This document shows positions 48,300 to 61,715 of a stretch of DNA of 64,000 bases, one piece after another. This DNA comes from Antechinus flavipes (lineage: Eukaryota), in assembly GCF_016432865.1 (NCBI RefSeq), contig NC_067399.1:319114001-319178000 (forward strand). Direction: 5' to 3'. Every line of letters starts with the position of its first letter. Positions within the stretch are counted from its first letter, which is position 1. A program made the translations under genes and the position numbers. The notes under the pieces are model-generated. The model did not search any database. It worked only from the letters and a program-made list of their open reading frames with translations, and was not told where the DNA came from.

Positions 48300-51200
48300 A
48301 AAAATTCTTTTAATTGATTTTTTTTACAGCACCAAAATTTGTCTCAATATCCCCTCTCACTCTTTCCCAGAGAGCTATCCAATATAGTGAATTTTTTTTT
48401 TAAAGAATAAGATTTTTTTAAATCAAAACATATCAAAAAGTCAGAAAATATACACAGTGTAACAGTGGACTTTTCACCTCTGCAAAGGAGTGGGATGGGG
48501 GTACCTGCTCATATATATATTTTTAAAATTTTGCGACTCAAATTGGATTGTTTTGTGATTGTTTCTTTCTATTTACATTGTTGTAGTGCTTAAATATATT
48601 GTTTTCTGGCTCTTACTTTTCTTCACATCAGATCCTGTCAATCTTTCCATCTTCCTCTGTATTCAACATACTTGTCATAATTTACAGCATAGCACTATGC
48701 AATTATTGATGTATTTTCACTGGTTGTACCCTATGCCTGAAATGTTCTCTCTTCTTACCTTTGCTTCTTAGCTTCTCTTCAAATTTCAATTAAAAATTGC
48801 ATTTTGCAAAAGCTTTTCCTAATCCCCCTTAAAACCAGTGCTATCCCTTTGATATTATCTTCAATTTTATCCTGACTATATCTTGTTTGTACATGTTTGC
48901 ATGGTATAATTCAATTGTGAGATTCCTGAGGATCGGGACTATCTTTGTCCTTCTTTTCCTTCCTAGAATTTAGTACAGTGCCTGACACATAGTAGGTACT
49001 TATTGATTTGACATATCACAATCTAATTTATATTATAGCTCTACTTATAAATATCTTATTTACAGCACCAAATTATGAGCTCCTTGAGAACATTGACTTA
49101 CCTCATTTATCATCTGAGGTCCCACAGGGCTAGCCCAATACCTTACCACTTAATAAGAAGTTTTTTTTTTTTTCTCCATTAAATTTAAATGAAGGCTTCC
49201 CTATCATTATCAAAAAGCATTTATTTCAGAACCATTTACAATGAAATTAACTCAGAATGCTGCCTGCCTGTTACATAAGAGATTATATCCTGATGGATGA
49301 TACTGACATAGATGAGAAGAAATGAAGAGGAGGGAGGGAGGGAGGGAGGGAGAGAGAAAGAGAGGGAAGGAGAAAGGGAGAAAGAGAAGGTAAGTAAGAA
49401 GGAAAAAAGGGGAGGAGAAAGGGAAGAAGATAGGGAGGGAGGGAAGGAAGGATGATGATGATGAATTAAACATTCCCATGTATATAAAGAACAGAAAAAA
49501 GAAAATTGAATAAGAAACTTCAAATGTGTATTCAATACAGGTTCGGTTTTTAAAAGTATGTGACAGATTCAACACATTAGTCCCAAAGCTGTTCTGTTTA
49601 TCTCCCTTGGAATTTTCTTTTGTTATATTCTGAATATTATATAAAAATGTTTTACTGATGCTCCTTTATTTCTTTAGCCAATATGTCATAAGTCACTTCC
49701 CCCATTAATTTTCTTTCTCCCTTCAAAAAAAGTACTTTTATATGATTATATAGTATAACAAATAAGTAGAATAAGCAAGCCAAATAAATGCATTATCCAT
49801 ATTTGAACACATCTCATTTTGTACCTTTAATATACCTTTCTATCAGGAGGGGGGAAGCATGCCTCATCAAGCCAATCTGATGATTGGCCAATACACTGAT
49901 CAGAAATCTTAATTCTTTAAAAATGGTTTTTCTTTATAATTTTGGATATTATATCAATTGTTCTCCAGTGTCTATTCATTTCATTTTGTATCATTTCATT
50001 TAAGTGTTCTAAGGTTTCTCTGAATCTCTCCTTTTTTCATTTCTTATGATATAATAATATTCTTCCACATTTATATGCCACAATTATTTCACCCATTTCC
50101 CAGCTGATAGGTACCTACTGTGTTTCAAGTTCTTTGCTATACCAAAATAAAAATAATAACTAATTTTTATATAGTGCTTACTATTCGCCAGGTACTGTGC
50201 TAATCACTTTACAATGAACATCTCATTGGGTCCTCACAACAACCTTGATTGCTATAATTATACCCATTTTAGAGATGAGGAGATAGACAAGATGTTAATG
50301 ACTTACCCAGGGTCATAGGCTAGCAAGTGTCTGAGGTCAGATTTGATCTGACTCAGTGTCTGCACTCTATCCACTGTACCATTTGCCTAATTATCTATAA
50401 CAAAAGTGTTGCTATAAATGTTTCTGTAGATTAGACCATTTCCCCTCTTTCCTTGATTTCTCTAGGAGTCTAGTAGTGATATTATTGAGTCAAAAATAAT
50501 GTACAGTTTAGTGACATTTTAGGTGGAGCACCAAATTGCTTTTCAGTTCACTTTCCAGTTCAGTTAGTTGGACCCATTCTTAGCACTGCCAACAATGGAC
50601 ACATGAATGTGCCTTTTCTCCCATCATGTCATTTTTATTTTTTGATTATCTTTGCCAGTTTGCTGGGCTTGAGACATAACCTGTTCTAAATATCCATTTT
50701 TCTTGTTAGTAATGTAGAACATTTTTCATGTGGCTATTGATAGGCTTTATTTGTTCATTTGGGAACTGCCTGTTCATATCCTTTGGTTAATAACAATTAA
50801 CCTTATCTATTTGTATTTGGTTATTAGACTTTTTTTTTTATAGAAATGTATTACAAAATAGCTTCACATGAGTCTTTTTTAAAGTGGGGTGGGAGGAAGA
50901 GAGAGAAAAACAAATGTAAAAAATTGTTTTTCATGTAACTGGAAAAATAAAAATATTAAATATAAAAGGTTTTTTAAATGTATTGCAAAGATTCATTCCC
51001 AATTAACCATTTCCCTCATAATATTAATAGCTTTCATTTTTCTTTGAATGAAACTTTTTTCAATTTTATGTAATCATCGTTTTATCTTCTGTAATCTTTT
51101 CTACCTTCTTGTTTGTTCAAGAAGTCTTTTCTTATTCATCATTTTGAGAAGTATTTTCATTTTTCTTCCTCTAATTTTTTCATAAAATGATCTTTTACTT

Positions 51201-53165
51201 CTAGGTCATATATGAATTTAAAGATTATTGTAGTATTTGGTAGGGATATTGACTTAAGTAATATTCCTTTTAAAAAAATAGCTTTTTATTTTCAAAATAC
51301 ATGTAAACATAGTTTTCCACCTTAAACCTCTGCAAAACTTGTGGTCCAAATTTTTCTTCCTCCCTTCCCTCCACCTCTCTTACCTAGATAGCAAATAATC
51401 CAATATTTGCTAAGCCTACTCCTTACCAGTTTTCCCAGTGTTAGGTGGCTTTGGGTTTATTGAACCTTATATTACTATAAGGGTTGAGGCTATCAGATGA
51501 TCCTTAGGCCATTCATTGGATCCAAGATCCAATTAATCAATTACTTATTTCCATCCCTATTACTAACAGGAGAAGTTATGTACTGTAATACTTTTTATCA
51601 GATACACATCATTTAACAAAAGCATTAAACTTGGTGTAAAAAGTCCTTAGTTTGGAAGGAGTGAAAACTGTTGGTTAAAATGAATGTTACTATGCAGTAT
51701 AATCATGGATCTTTTGATAAAATAGCAAGTCAGTTCAGAATCTGGAAGTAAAGTGGCTGGCTAATCAACTGGCATAATGACTCTGGAGAAAATCCTTTAG
51801 GGAGGAAAGACCTTCCGTCTTCTCTTCTACCCCTTGACTAGAGGATGACATCATGAACTTGAAAATGCCAGAAACTGTCCAGACTTATCAGTGTCCCCAG
51901 AAAAGCAATATCTAATGGAAACATCTGCATTGAGATTGACAAACCAAATAACAATGAGAGAATGAAAACTAAATGAAATTTAATTAAATGAAAATTAATA
52001 GATTTAAGAATCTATAAGGATTCCAGGAAAACCATGTATCATATTTAAGAACTTCATGAGAATCCCAAAAAAGGGAGACAATAATTTCCAGTAATCAGAA
52101 GCTATCACCCCTTTGCTACATATGTTCTCTAACTTTCCCTTGATTTTGTGTATACTTCTGAAAGATTGTATCTTAAAGTTTGAAGGGAATGTATTATACC
52201 AACTTTTTTTTTTAATTGTACCACTTTAATAAATATCTGTTTCTAAAAGCTAATTAACCCTAGCTGGCTAATGCCAATAGATAATCAATAAGGTGAGCAT
52301 TTATTTATTTTTTTATTACAGCTTTTTAATTTTCAAAACATTTTTGTTTGTTATTATAATCTATTTTAATTGTAGTTAGCCTAATATTGAAACAACTCTG
52401 CATCCCTGGCAATAATTGAACTTGGTGATTATTGTTAATCTTTTAAAATCTGTTGCTATTTTCTCTTTGCTAATATTTTACTCTATATTTTTTCCTTCAA
52501 TATTCATTAGGGTCTACAGTTTTGTTGCTGTTCTATTTTCCATTTGTTTAAATATCGAGATTATATTTGTTTCAAAAAAGGAATTTGGCAGATTCCCTTC
52601 TTTTTCATCTTTTACAAATAGTTTATATAAAATTGGAATTAATTAACTTTTGTGTGGTTGATAGAATTCCCTTGTAAATTTATCTGGTCCTGGGTTATTG
52701 GGGGGTTTTATGAAGGTTGCAAAACTCATTTATGGCGTTTGTGATTTCTTTTCTGAAATTGGGTTAAAGTTTCTTTGTTGTTTAGTTAAATTGAATATTT
52801 TATATATTTGCAAATATCTATCTACTTTATTTGTTAGCAATTTTTTGGTATAAAATTGTTTCTAATAATTTCCTTTATTTCTTCTTGTAAAGCTTCCTTT
52901 TTTTCCATTTTGATGCTAACAATTAGGTTTTTTCTTTTTGTTTTAAAAATCAAATGAATATTTTGCCTACTGTATTAGTTTTTTTTTTCCAGAAAAGCTC
53001 TTTTTAAAAAATCAGTTTAGCTTTTTATGTTTAAATTTGTTTGTCCTTTCTGATTTTAAGAATTTCTTTTGTGGTTTTTTTTTAATGTGTAGTTTTTTCT
53101 AGTTTTTTTAGTTGTGTGATCAGGTCATTGACTTATTCTTTCTTTCTTTTGCTGATGACAATATC
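48300..53165 (-). mobile_element. Cluster of older, fragmented antisense L1 pieces with nested SINE, L2 and younger L1 insertions
   Basis: AT-rich reverse-strand L1-like text (e.g. 49900-50130, 50460-51250, 52380-53160: gaattcccttgtaaattatctggtcctggg). Confidence 0.6.
49315..49460. repeat. GA-rich low-complexity tract
   Basis: Direct reading. Confidence 0.9.
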
Positions 53166-53184
53166 TAGAGATATAAATTTCTTT

Positions 53185-54029
53185 TTTTATTTTCTTTTAT
53201 TTATTTGTTCTAAACACTGGTAATTTAACTATGGAAACTTTTTCCATTGGTTCATTCATTCAACAAATTTTTTGTGAGTACCAAATATGGTCCAGATTCT
53301 GTGTTAGCTACTAGGAATATTGACCCTTTCCTCCCCCCCCCAAAAAAAAAATCCCTATTCTTTTTTCCTCCCATTTTATTTATTTTTTTATTACAGCTTT
53401 TTATTTTCAAAACATACACATGGATAATTTTTCAACACTGATCCTTGCAAAACCTTGTGTTCCATATTTTTCCTTGTGTTCCTCCCTTCCCCTTCCCTAG
53501 ATGGCAACATGTTAAAAATATAATTAAATCCAATATATATATGTACATATTTATATAATTGTCATGCTGTACAAGAAAAATCAGATCAAAAAAGAGAAAA
53601 TGAGAAAGAAAACAAAATGCAAGCAAACAATAAAAAGACTAAAATGCTATGTTATGATCTACATTCAGTTCCCACAGTCCTCTCTCTAGGTGTAGATGGC
53701 TCTCTTCTTCAGAAGAACATTGGAACTGGCCTCAATCATCTCATTGTTGAAGAGAGCCACATCCAACAGAATTGATCTTCCTATAATCTTGTTGTTGCTG
53801 TAATCTCCTGGTTCTGTTCATTTCACTCAGCATCAATTCATGTAAGTCTCTCCAGGTCTCTCTGAAATCATCCTGCTGGTTGTTTCTTATAGAACAATAA
53901 TATTCCATAACATTCATAAACCATAACTTATTCAGCCGTTCTCCAATTGATGGACATAGACTCAGTTCCCAGTTTCTTGCCACTACAAAAAGGGCTGCCA
54001 CAAACATTTTTGCACATGTGGGATCCTTT
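53185..54029 (-). mobile_element. 5'-truncated L1 (54029 to about 53374) plus about 170 bp extra 3' sequence and a second A-tail, bounded by a 19-bp TSD
   Basis: tagagatataaatttcttt at 53166-53184 and 54030-54048. The L1 body begins (minus) aaaggatcccacatgtgcaaaaatgtttgtggcagccc. Confidence 0.8.
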
Positions 54030-56039
54030 TAGAGATATAAATTTCTTTCTAGGAAGTCAAAGCTGTTTCCATTTGAAACATCTGGTTTTTGGCTTCTTTG
54101 GGAGCCTGTTGGTGAGATAAAAGGAATTGTTTTATTGATTGGCTGGAGAAAGGCTAAATCAGCAGAGAGAGCTCTTCAGATGCTACACTGATTGGAAGAC
54201 AGCTGAATCCTGCTGCTGAGCTAAAAATTAATCTTACTTATTGCTCTTAAATACCATTTAAAATCTAAGAGAGGGAAAAATCTCTCAGGGATGTCTTTTT
54301 CCCTCTGTGGCCAGAAAGGGAGAAAAAATAGAAAGGAAATACTGTCTTTGCTTCTATTTTGCTGTGAGCTACTAGAAGTTGATGGGAGATAGCAGAATCC
54401 AAATAATTCTGCTTGGGCTTGTCTGCATTGCCCAGAGAGCCAATCTAAGCTACTTTGAAGTTCTCTGGCTTAAGAGAATTGCTCATCACTGAACAAGTCC
54501 AGTATTGACTATATTTTTGCTTTTTAAAGAAAGCATAACATTTTCTCAATGCACTGTTAAGGGTGGCTCTGAGATCTTTTTTTTAAGTTTATCCCCACTT
54601 CATTGGATTAAAAGCCGAGAGGATCATCTTTGCTCAATAGGAAATTGCTGAGGAATGGAAGGGGAACAGCTAACAGGAAAGAGATTTCCTCTGATGTAGA
54701 CTGTTCCTGAAGGTACCAAGGCTATTAAGATCTGCAATTCTGAGATTTCTAGGTATACAAATTTCTGCAATTTTGTGCCTTTTTGCTAGTTTTCTATAAG
54801 TGCAGATTTATTTTCCCCAAGGGACATTTCATGCATTGGGTGGGACAGTATAACTTCAAGTTTTGGGTAAACCTTGATACTTTGGTTATTATAGCTTTTA
54901 CCTTCTATTGAATAAATATTATGATTATTATTGTTTTTGCCTTACCATAAGCGTTTAAGAGCAAAGGTATCCCAAAAGAAAGATATGAGATGACACTCTC
55001 TCCATCCCCACCCCCCCACTACTTTGTAAAGCTGAGCTAGAAAGAGTCAGTGGGTGTGAAACATTTCATATATTCATATATATATTCATATATATTTCTT
55101 CTTGAATATTGTTCTGCTTTGTTAATTTTTTTCCTTCTTTTTCTTTTTATAAAAATTATTTGTTCTATGAAATGAACTAAGATGGGGAGGAATACAAGGG
55201 GAAATTTAAGCTATGTAAAAAAACAGACAAGATCAATAAAATTATTTTTTAAAAAAGAAAAAAGTCAATGGCATCATAGTATTTTGTGAAAACAGAAAGC
55301 ATACCACTGTGTACTCTGGAAGATAAACTAGAGAGTAGTAGGAGTATACCCCAAAACATAAAGATCTAGGTTAATCCCTAAGGCATGAAAAAGAATTTGA
55401 GAAGCAATAACATGGTAGTATAGTAATGAAAGAGGTTGAGTAACCATAGAGTGGTTAGTATAGTATAATATTGTAATGTATAGTATGACTAGCATTTCAA
55501 CATGAGAAAACCTATTTGTAATTATATAAGGATAGGTTAGGAATAAATCAGTTTGGGGAGAGAGAAAGCAAGTACAGATAAAAACTGCTCTGCCAGTTCC
55601 TGACACAACCTAATTGGATGGCAATTTGGCCACACTTATGCTATAGTTGGTTTTGCTAAATTGATTTTTTTCTTTCTTTTTAAAACTCTGATACAAAGAA
55701 TGGCTTTCTGGGTAAGGAAGAAGAGGGAACTAAATATGATATAAAAATGAAAGGTCTAAATAAAAACATTTCTTGTCTGGGAAGAGCCACGCAAGCAAAG
55801 GAAGAGACTTCTGGATCTGAAGGTACATCTGAAATGTGAATTCCAGGGCTACCGTGATCTTTCAAGATGAAAAGCTGTGATAGAGCACAGAAGCCTATTG
55901 AGAAATGGAAAGGACACTGAACTTAAAGTCAGGAATATCTAGATTTAAATCCTGTCTGCAAATTTCTGACTATATGACCATAGGCAACACATTTGACTTT
56001 TTTTTGACTCTTTTTTTAATTTGCAAAATGGATTGTTGA

Positions 56040-56180
56040 GGGGCAGCTAGTTGGTATAGTGGATAGAGCACCAGTCCTGATGTCAGGAGGATCTGAGTTC
56101 AAATGTGACCTCAGACACTTAACACCTCCTAGCTGTGTGACTCTGGGCAAGTCACTTAACCCCAGTTGTTCCAGGGGGGA
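56040..56180 (+). mobile_element. Full-length WSINE1-type SINE with 15-bp TSD
   Basis: aaaatggattgttga at 56025-56039 and 56181-56195. Confidence 0.9.
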
Positions 56181-56843
56181 AAAATGGATTGTTGAACTCT
56201 AAAGACTCTTCCCTTTCTAGGTCTTTGATCCTATGAACCCAGGCTCAATTCCGTGACTTTCAATTAAGCACCCACATTTTGCTGATTATAACATCTTGTA
56301 TATGTGCCAGACACTTTGGCTACATTCCACTTTCTTCTCAACATCCCTGAGAAGTAGCAAGAGTATCATCATCTCCATTTTACAGATGAGAAAACTGTGC
56401 CTCATATAAGGGAAGGAACTGCCCAATGTATCAGAACCAGGGTTTAAACCTTAATCTCCTTGTTCTAAATATAAAGATATTTCATTTATACCACCTGACT
56501 TTTAGAAGAAAGCAAAGCTCAGAGAAGTTGTGACTTCCTAAGATTCTCACCTACGTCTCAACTATAAGTTTAAGTATTTTTAGCACTTATTTTGTTCCCA
56601 GAGCTCCATGATAGAACTTAGGGATCCTAAAACAAAAGAGAATAAGTTTCTGACCTCAAGGAGTTTATAATCAAGTTTAAGACAATATACATAGATGTGT
56701 ACGTATAAAACACTTAAAAATCATATACTAAATGTAATATATATGTATAACAATTAATTTGGTAGTCAAAGTGATTGGGAAATCAAAGATTGGTTGAACA
56801 GGAAGAAATCTTAAAAAATGATCTTTTTAAAAGTAAGTTTATT

Positions 56844-57004
56844 GGGGCAGCTAGATGGCACAGTGGATAGAGCATCAGCTGTGAAGTCAGGAGGACCTGA
56901 GTTCATATCTGGTCTCAGACATTTAACATTTCCTAGCTGTGGAACCCTGGGCAAGTCACTAAACTCCAATTGCCTCAGCAAAAGAAAAAAAAAAGAAAGA
57001 AAGA
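56844..57004 (+). mobile_element. WSINE1-type SINE with A-rich tail
   Basis: ggggcagctagatggcacagtggatagagc...ccaattgcctcagcaaaagaaaaaaaaaagaaag. Confidence 0.85.
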
Positions 57005-57199
57005 AAGTTCAGTTTTCAAGATTATATACTTGACAAACATGATGTACAAAGAACAGGAAAGGGTATATTAGAAGAAAAATTATGTTAAATAGAAGAAAAG
57101 GTAGAAAGAAAAGATATATTAAATATTAAATTCCATGCCATTTTCTTTTTTTTTAACATGTTAAATATAACATAGTAGTACCAACCCTAGCTTCTTTGT

Positions 57200-57340
57200 G
57201 TCTCCTCCCTCCTTCCTTCTTTACTTTTTCCTTCCTTTCCTTCTTTCCTTTCTCCTCCTCCTCCTCATCTTTCTCTTCCTCCTCCTCCTCCTTCTTCTTT
57301 TTCTTTCTCTTTCCTTCTTTCTCCTTTCTTCTTCATCATT
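57200..57340. repeat. CT-rich low-complexity tract
   Basis: Direct reading. Confidence 0.85.
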
Positions 57341-58236
57341 TGCCTATTTGATCAGCATTTGAGTTGAAATCTGGCTTAATATACATTTCTTGTGTTAGTA
57401 ATTTGGAACTTTTTCATATGGTTTCATATAGTTTTCTTATGGTTAATTGATAACTTTTATTTCATTTGAGAACTGCTTATCCATGTCCATTGAACACTTA
57501 TTTTTAGTTAATGCTTCTTATTATCATATACTTATATCAATCTTAAAAGATATCTTAGCTATTATACAATTATCAGAGACATTTTCATGAAGATTTTCAA
57601 AATCTTTCCCTTCTTATTCTATCTATTTTGCTTATGTAGAAATTTAAAAATTTATATAATCAAAATAGTTTATTTGATCTTTTATGAGCATATCTATCCT
57701 TATCTAAGTAGGAAATCTCTACTTTGCTATAGTTGGGAAAGAAATCTCTTTCCTTTGTCCTCTAGTTTTTTTAAGATATGGTCTCTTATATTTAAGTCAT
57801 GTGTCCATTTGATAATTATGTGATATTTAGTCCAAGATATTGCTTTAAACTTAATTTTTATGAGACTGGTCCCAGTTTTCCCAATTATTTATATCAAATG
57901 TATATACCAAAACATGAAATACCCTTATTCCCATGGTTAATGTATCAAAAATTATACTATTATGGCCAACTGTTTCTGGGTCCTATTCCACTGATAAATA
58001 TTTCTATTTTTAGGACAGAGATAAAGCCAGAGTCTAGAGCTCTAATTTCCCCAGTATATGAAACTCTGTGGTGAGGAAATACCCTTATTGATGCAGGTGG
58101 GCACTTTCTCTATCAAATTGTACCATCTAGCTAGCTACCCTATTATAAGTTATATATTTTTAATTGTAATATAAATTATATCATATGACATATGACTAAT
58201 TTTTTGTCTAGATCTATGTAGATCTAACCTCAATCT

Positions 58237-58633
58237 TTTTTTGTTTTTTTAACTAAAGTTTTTTTTTTTTATTTTCAAAACATATATAGAGATAATTTTC
58301 AACATTCACTCTTGCAAAACCTTGGTTTCAAAAATTTCCCTTCCTTTCCTCCCCTATTCAGCAAGTAATCCAATATATGTTGAACATGTGCAATTCATAT
58401 TTTCACAATTATCACAATACAGAAAAAAAATCACATCAAAAAGAAAAAAAATGAGAAAAAACAAAATGTAAACGAGCAACAATAAAAAAAGTGAAAATAC
58501 TATGTAATGAACCACATTCAGTTTCCACACTCCATTCTCTGGATGCAGATGGCTCTCTTCCTCACAAGATCATTGGAACTGGCCTGAATCACCTTGCAGT
58601 TGAAAAAAGCCCCGTCTGTAAGAATTGATCATC
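58237..58633 (-). mobile_element. 5'-truncated L1 3' end with degenerate 13-bp TSD
   Basis: ctaacctcaatct (58224-58236) versus ctaatctcagtct (58634-58646); interior is reverse L1 3' UTR. Confidence 0.75.
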
Positions 58634-59129
58634 CTAATCTCAGTCTACATCCTTGACAGCTTAATTTACATAGCAACAAATCTGTAAATTCATTTAGTTA
58701 ATATTGTTGTGTTTATTTTATTATTAACAAGTATTTATTTACCACCATTTCTGTGCTTGGCACTTTAGATGCTGATACAAAAAGTGAACTAATCGCTATT
58801 CTCCATGCCCTTTGTGTTGAAGTCACTAAATATTAAAATATATGTGGATTTTGTTTTTGAAGGAGTCAAATCAGCTTCTTCATAGAATTTTTCTTCATGC
58901 TCATCCAGATTTGTTATTGCCTGCACACCTCATTCTATTTGTCATGGGTCTTGGGCCTTTGTGCAAGCTTTCCTCCTTGTCTGTAATTACTTTCCTCCTT
59001 ACTTTCATCTCTTAAAATGCCTAACTTTCTTCAAAATTCACCTCAATTGCTACTTTCTACATGATGCCTTTCTTGATCTTCCAAATGTCTCCCACCTAGT
59101 CTCCCAAATTAATTCATTTATATTTTATA

Positions 59130-59362
59130 TTGGGAGGTCTAGGTGACAAAGTGGAGAGAGTGCTGAGCTTGGATTCCTCCTCCTGAGTTCAAATCTAGCT
59201 GTGTGACCCTGGGCAAATCACTTAGCTCGGTTTGTCTTAGTTTCCTCATATGTAAAATGAGCTGGAGAAGGAAATGACAAATCACTCCAGTACCTTTGCC
59301 TAGAAAATCCTAAATGGGGTCACAAAGAATCAGACATGACTGAAATGACAAAAAAAAAAAAA
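59130..59362 (+). mobile_element. MAR1-type SINE
   Basis: gagttcaaatctagctgtgtgaccctgggc...aaatgagctggagaaggaaatgacaaatcactccagtacctttgcc. Confidence 0.8.
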
Positions 59363-59662
59363 ATAGATTAAAAAAAAATCTACTTATGTGTATTGTTTCT
59401 CCCTATAGAATGTAAGCTCCTTGAAGGCAGAAATATCCTTATCTTTAAGTCACCAGCACCTACTACAATGCCTAGCATATAGTAAGTGCTTAATAAAAAC
59501 TTATTGACTAGCTGAGATGGTACATAAGCTGCAATTATTTCCATGTCAATCTTCTAGTGAGGAAGTGAATAGAGTACTGTATCTGGAATCAGGGAGATCT
59601 GAATTCAAATTCAGCTTTGAATCTTACTGATTGTATGACAAGTCATTTAACTCATTTTATGG

Positions 59663-59665
<3 letters not shown>

Positions 59666-59694
<29 letters not shown>

Positions 59695-59717
59695 AGTATA
59701 TATATATATATATATAT
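59666..59717. repeat. Compound (CA)n/(TA)n microsatellite
   Basis: Direct reading. Confidence 0.95.
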
Positions 59718-59847
59718 AAAATTATAAAAATAGATATACCTCAGCTGTAAAATGGGGATAATTATAGCATCTACCTCCTAGAGATGTTGTGAGGATAAAA
59801 TGAGATAATACGCGTAAAGCACTTTATAAATCTTAAAGCACTATATA

Positions 59848-60148
59848 CAGTTATCCCTTCCACATTACAACTTTCCCCATCATTATTTTGAGATAACATA
59901 CACAGGCATTAGAAATTAAATGGAAATTTTGAGGAAGTTTTATGGAAGCTGCAAAACACACATGAAGGCCAGCAGACAATAACAAAGTTTAGAAACTCAG
60001 AAATGCATAAAATATATGTATTGTCTTGCATATCAGTATATTTTATCTTTTAATACCATAATAATTCACACTTTTTCTCTGGTATGAAGGGAGGATCAAA
60101 AAATTTTACAGTTTCCAGATTGTGGGAAGAACCACGCCCCTAAGATGT
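59848..60148. mobile_element. Second copy of the Tigger-like MITE, opposite orientation, one end lost, nested in a MIR
   Basis: Starts ta|cagttatcccttccacatt; interior is the reverse complement of 14188-14514 (gtttagaaactcagaaatgca versus tgcatttctgagcttctaaac). Confidence 0.6.
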
Positions 60149-60447
60149 AACAGAAATGTTAATGATGGCTACTATTATTGTTACTGTTTATTGTTTTGTT
60201 TTTCCATTTCCAGCATCCCCAATACAGTGATTATGACATAGAAGGCACTTAAGAAATGTTGATTTTATCTGTGTGACCCTGGGTAAGTCACTTAACCCCA
60301 ATTGCCTCAGCAAAAAAAAAAAAAAAAAGAAAGAAAGAAAGAAATGTTCATTGGATTGAATTGGATTATCATTATCATTTTAATATGGCTTGACCAAAAG
60401 TCTCATGACATATTTTATCTTGCCTTTCAACACAGGAATAAAATAAA

Positions 60448-60646
60448 NNNNNNNNNNNNNNNNNNNNNNNNNNNNNNNNNNNNNNNNNNNNNNNNNNNNN
60501 NNNNNNNNNNNNNNNNNNNNNNNNNNNNNNNNNNNNNNNNNNNNNNNNNNNNNNNNNNNNNNNNNNNNNNNNNNNNNNNNNNNNNNNNNNNNNNNNNNNN
60601 NNNNNNNNNNNNNNNNNNNNNNNNNNNNNNNNNNNNNNNNNNNNNN
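60448..60646. other. Assembly gap (199 N)
   Basis: Run of n. Confidence 0.99.
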
Positions 60647-61554
60647 AAGAGAACCAGGATGCAACCTTTAACTGCAAAGTCTCTTTGTCTTAGTTTCATT
60701 TGTAGAAAGAAGCTTGATGACACAGCACTTACAATTATGAAGATCTGAGTTAAAATCATTCCTCAGGCACTTACTAGCTATGTGATCTCTAGGGGAATCA
60801 TTTGACCACTTAGTCCAAGCATCCTTATCTATAAAATAAAAGGAATGGACTTGATGTGCTCTTAGGTCTGTTCCAGCCCTAAATAGATCTAAATCTAAGA
60901 TACTAGGAAAATGTCAAGATTGATAGACTTGCTAACATTCTTCCTCTGATGTCTTATGTAGCATGATCCTTGGAATCTCAAAGGCTACGTCAAAACATCC
61001 CAAGCTCTGGCAGCCTCTACTGGGTGGGAAAGATTTGGAGTAATGGCCACAACAACAGATCATGTGCTTTCCAAGAACTAACTCAGTTAAATAAAGAAAG
61101 GTTCATTACAAGCAGGCTCTCCATGCAGTGACAAATTTTTATCTGTGATGAGCCATGAGACAAAGAAAAATACAAAATGGTCTTTAGTCCTATTACCTGA
61201 GGATCAGACAGGTCCATCTCCAAGGAGGAACTCTTTTTCTAGACTCATATTTTATATTCTAGATTCCTTTTTCTGGATTAATTTCCTTTTTTGATTCAAT
61301 TCTGGTAGCAGCCCCCCTTCTCTAAGGCAGCATAATACAACAGAAGGAGCATTGACTTTATATCCAAAGGATCTGTGTTCAGATCCTGCTTTGCTTACTC
61401 CCAATCCACTCAACCACTCTAGACTTCATTCCTCATTTTAACATGAAAGACCCTTCTAGCTCTAAATCTATGATATCTCTTTGGCTTGTTAAAACCATTC
61501 TCCCCAACTTGAGCAGAACTGCAGGGAAAATCTCTTTCTTTCTTTCTTTCTTTC

Positions 61555-61715
61555 TTTTTTTTAAATTAAAGCTGTTTATTTGCACAGATAATTTTTAACA
61601 TTCACCCTTATAAAACCTTGTATAAGAAAAAAAAAGTTTCCTTCCCTTCCCTCCACCTCCTCCCCTAGACAGCAAGTAATCCAATATGTTAAACACATGC
61701 AATTCTTTTTCAGGA
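61555..61715 (-). mobile_element. L1 3' end
   Basis: ataatttttaacattcaccctt...cctcccctagacagcaagtaatccaatatgttaaacacatgcaattc. Confidence 0.75.
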
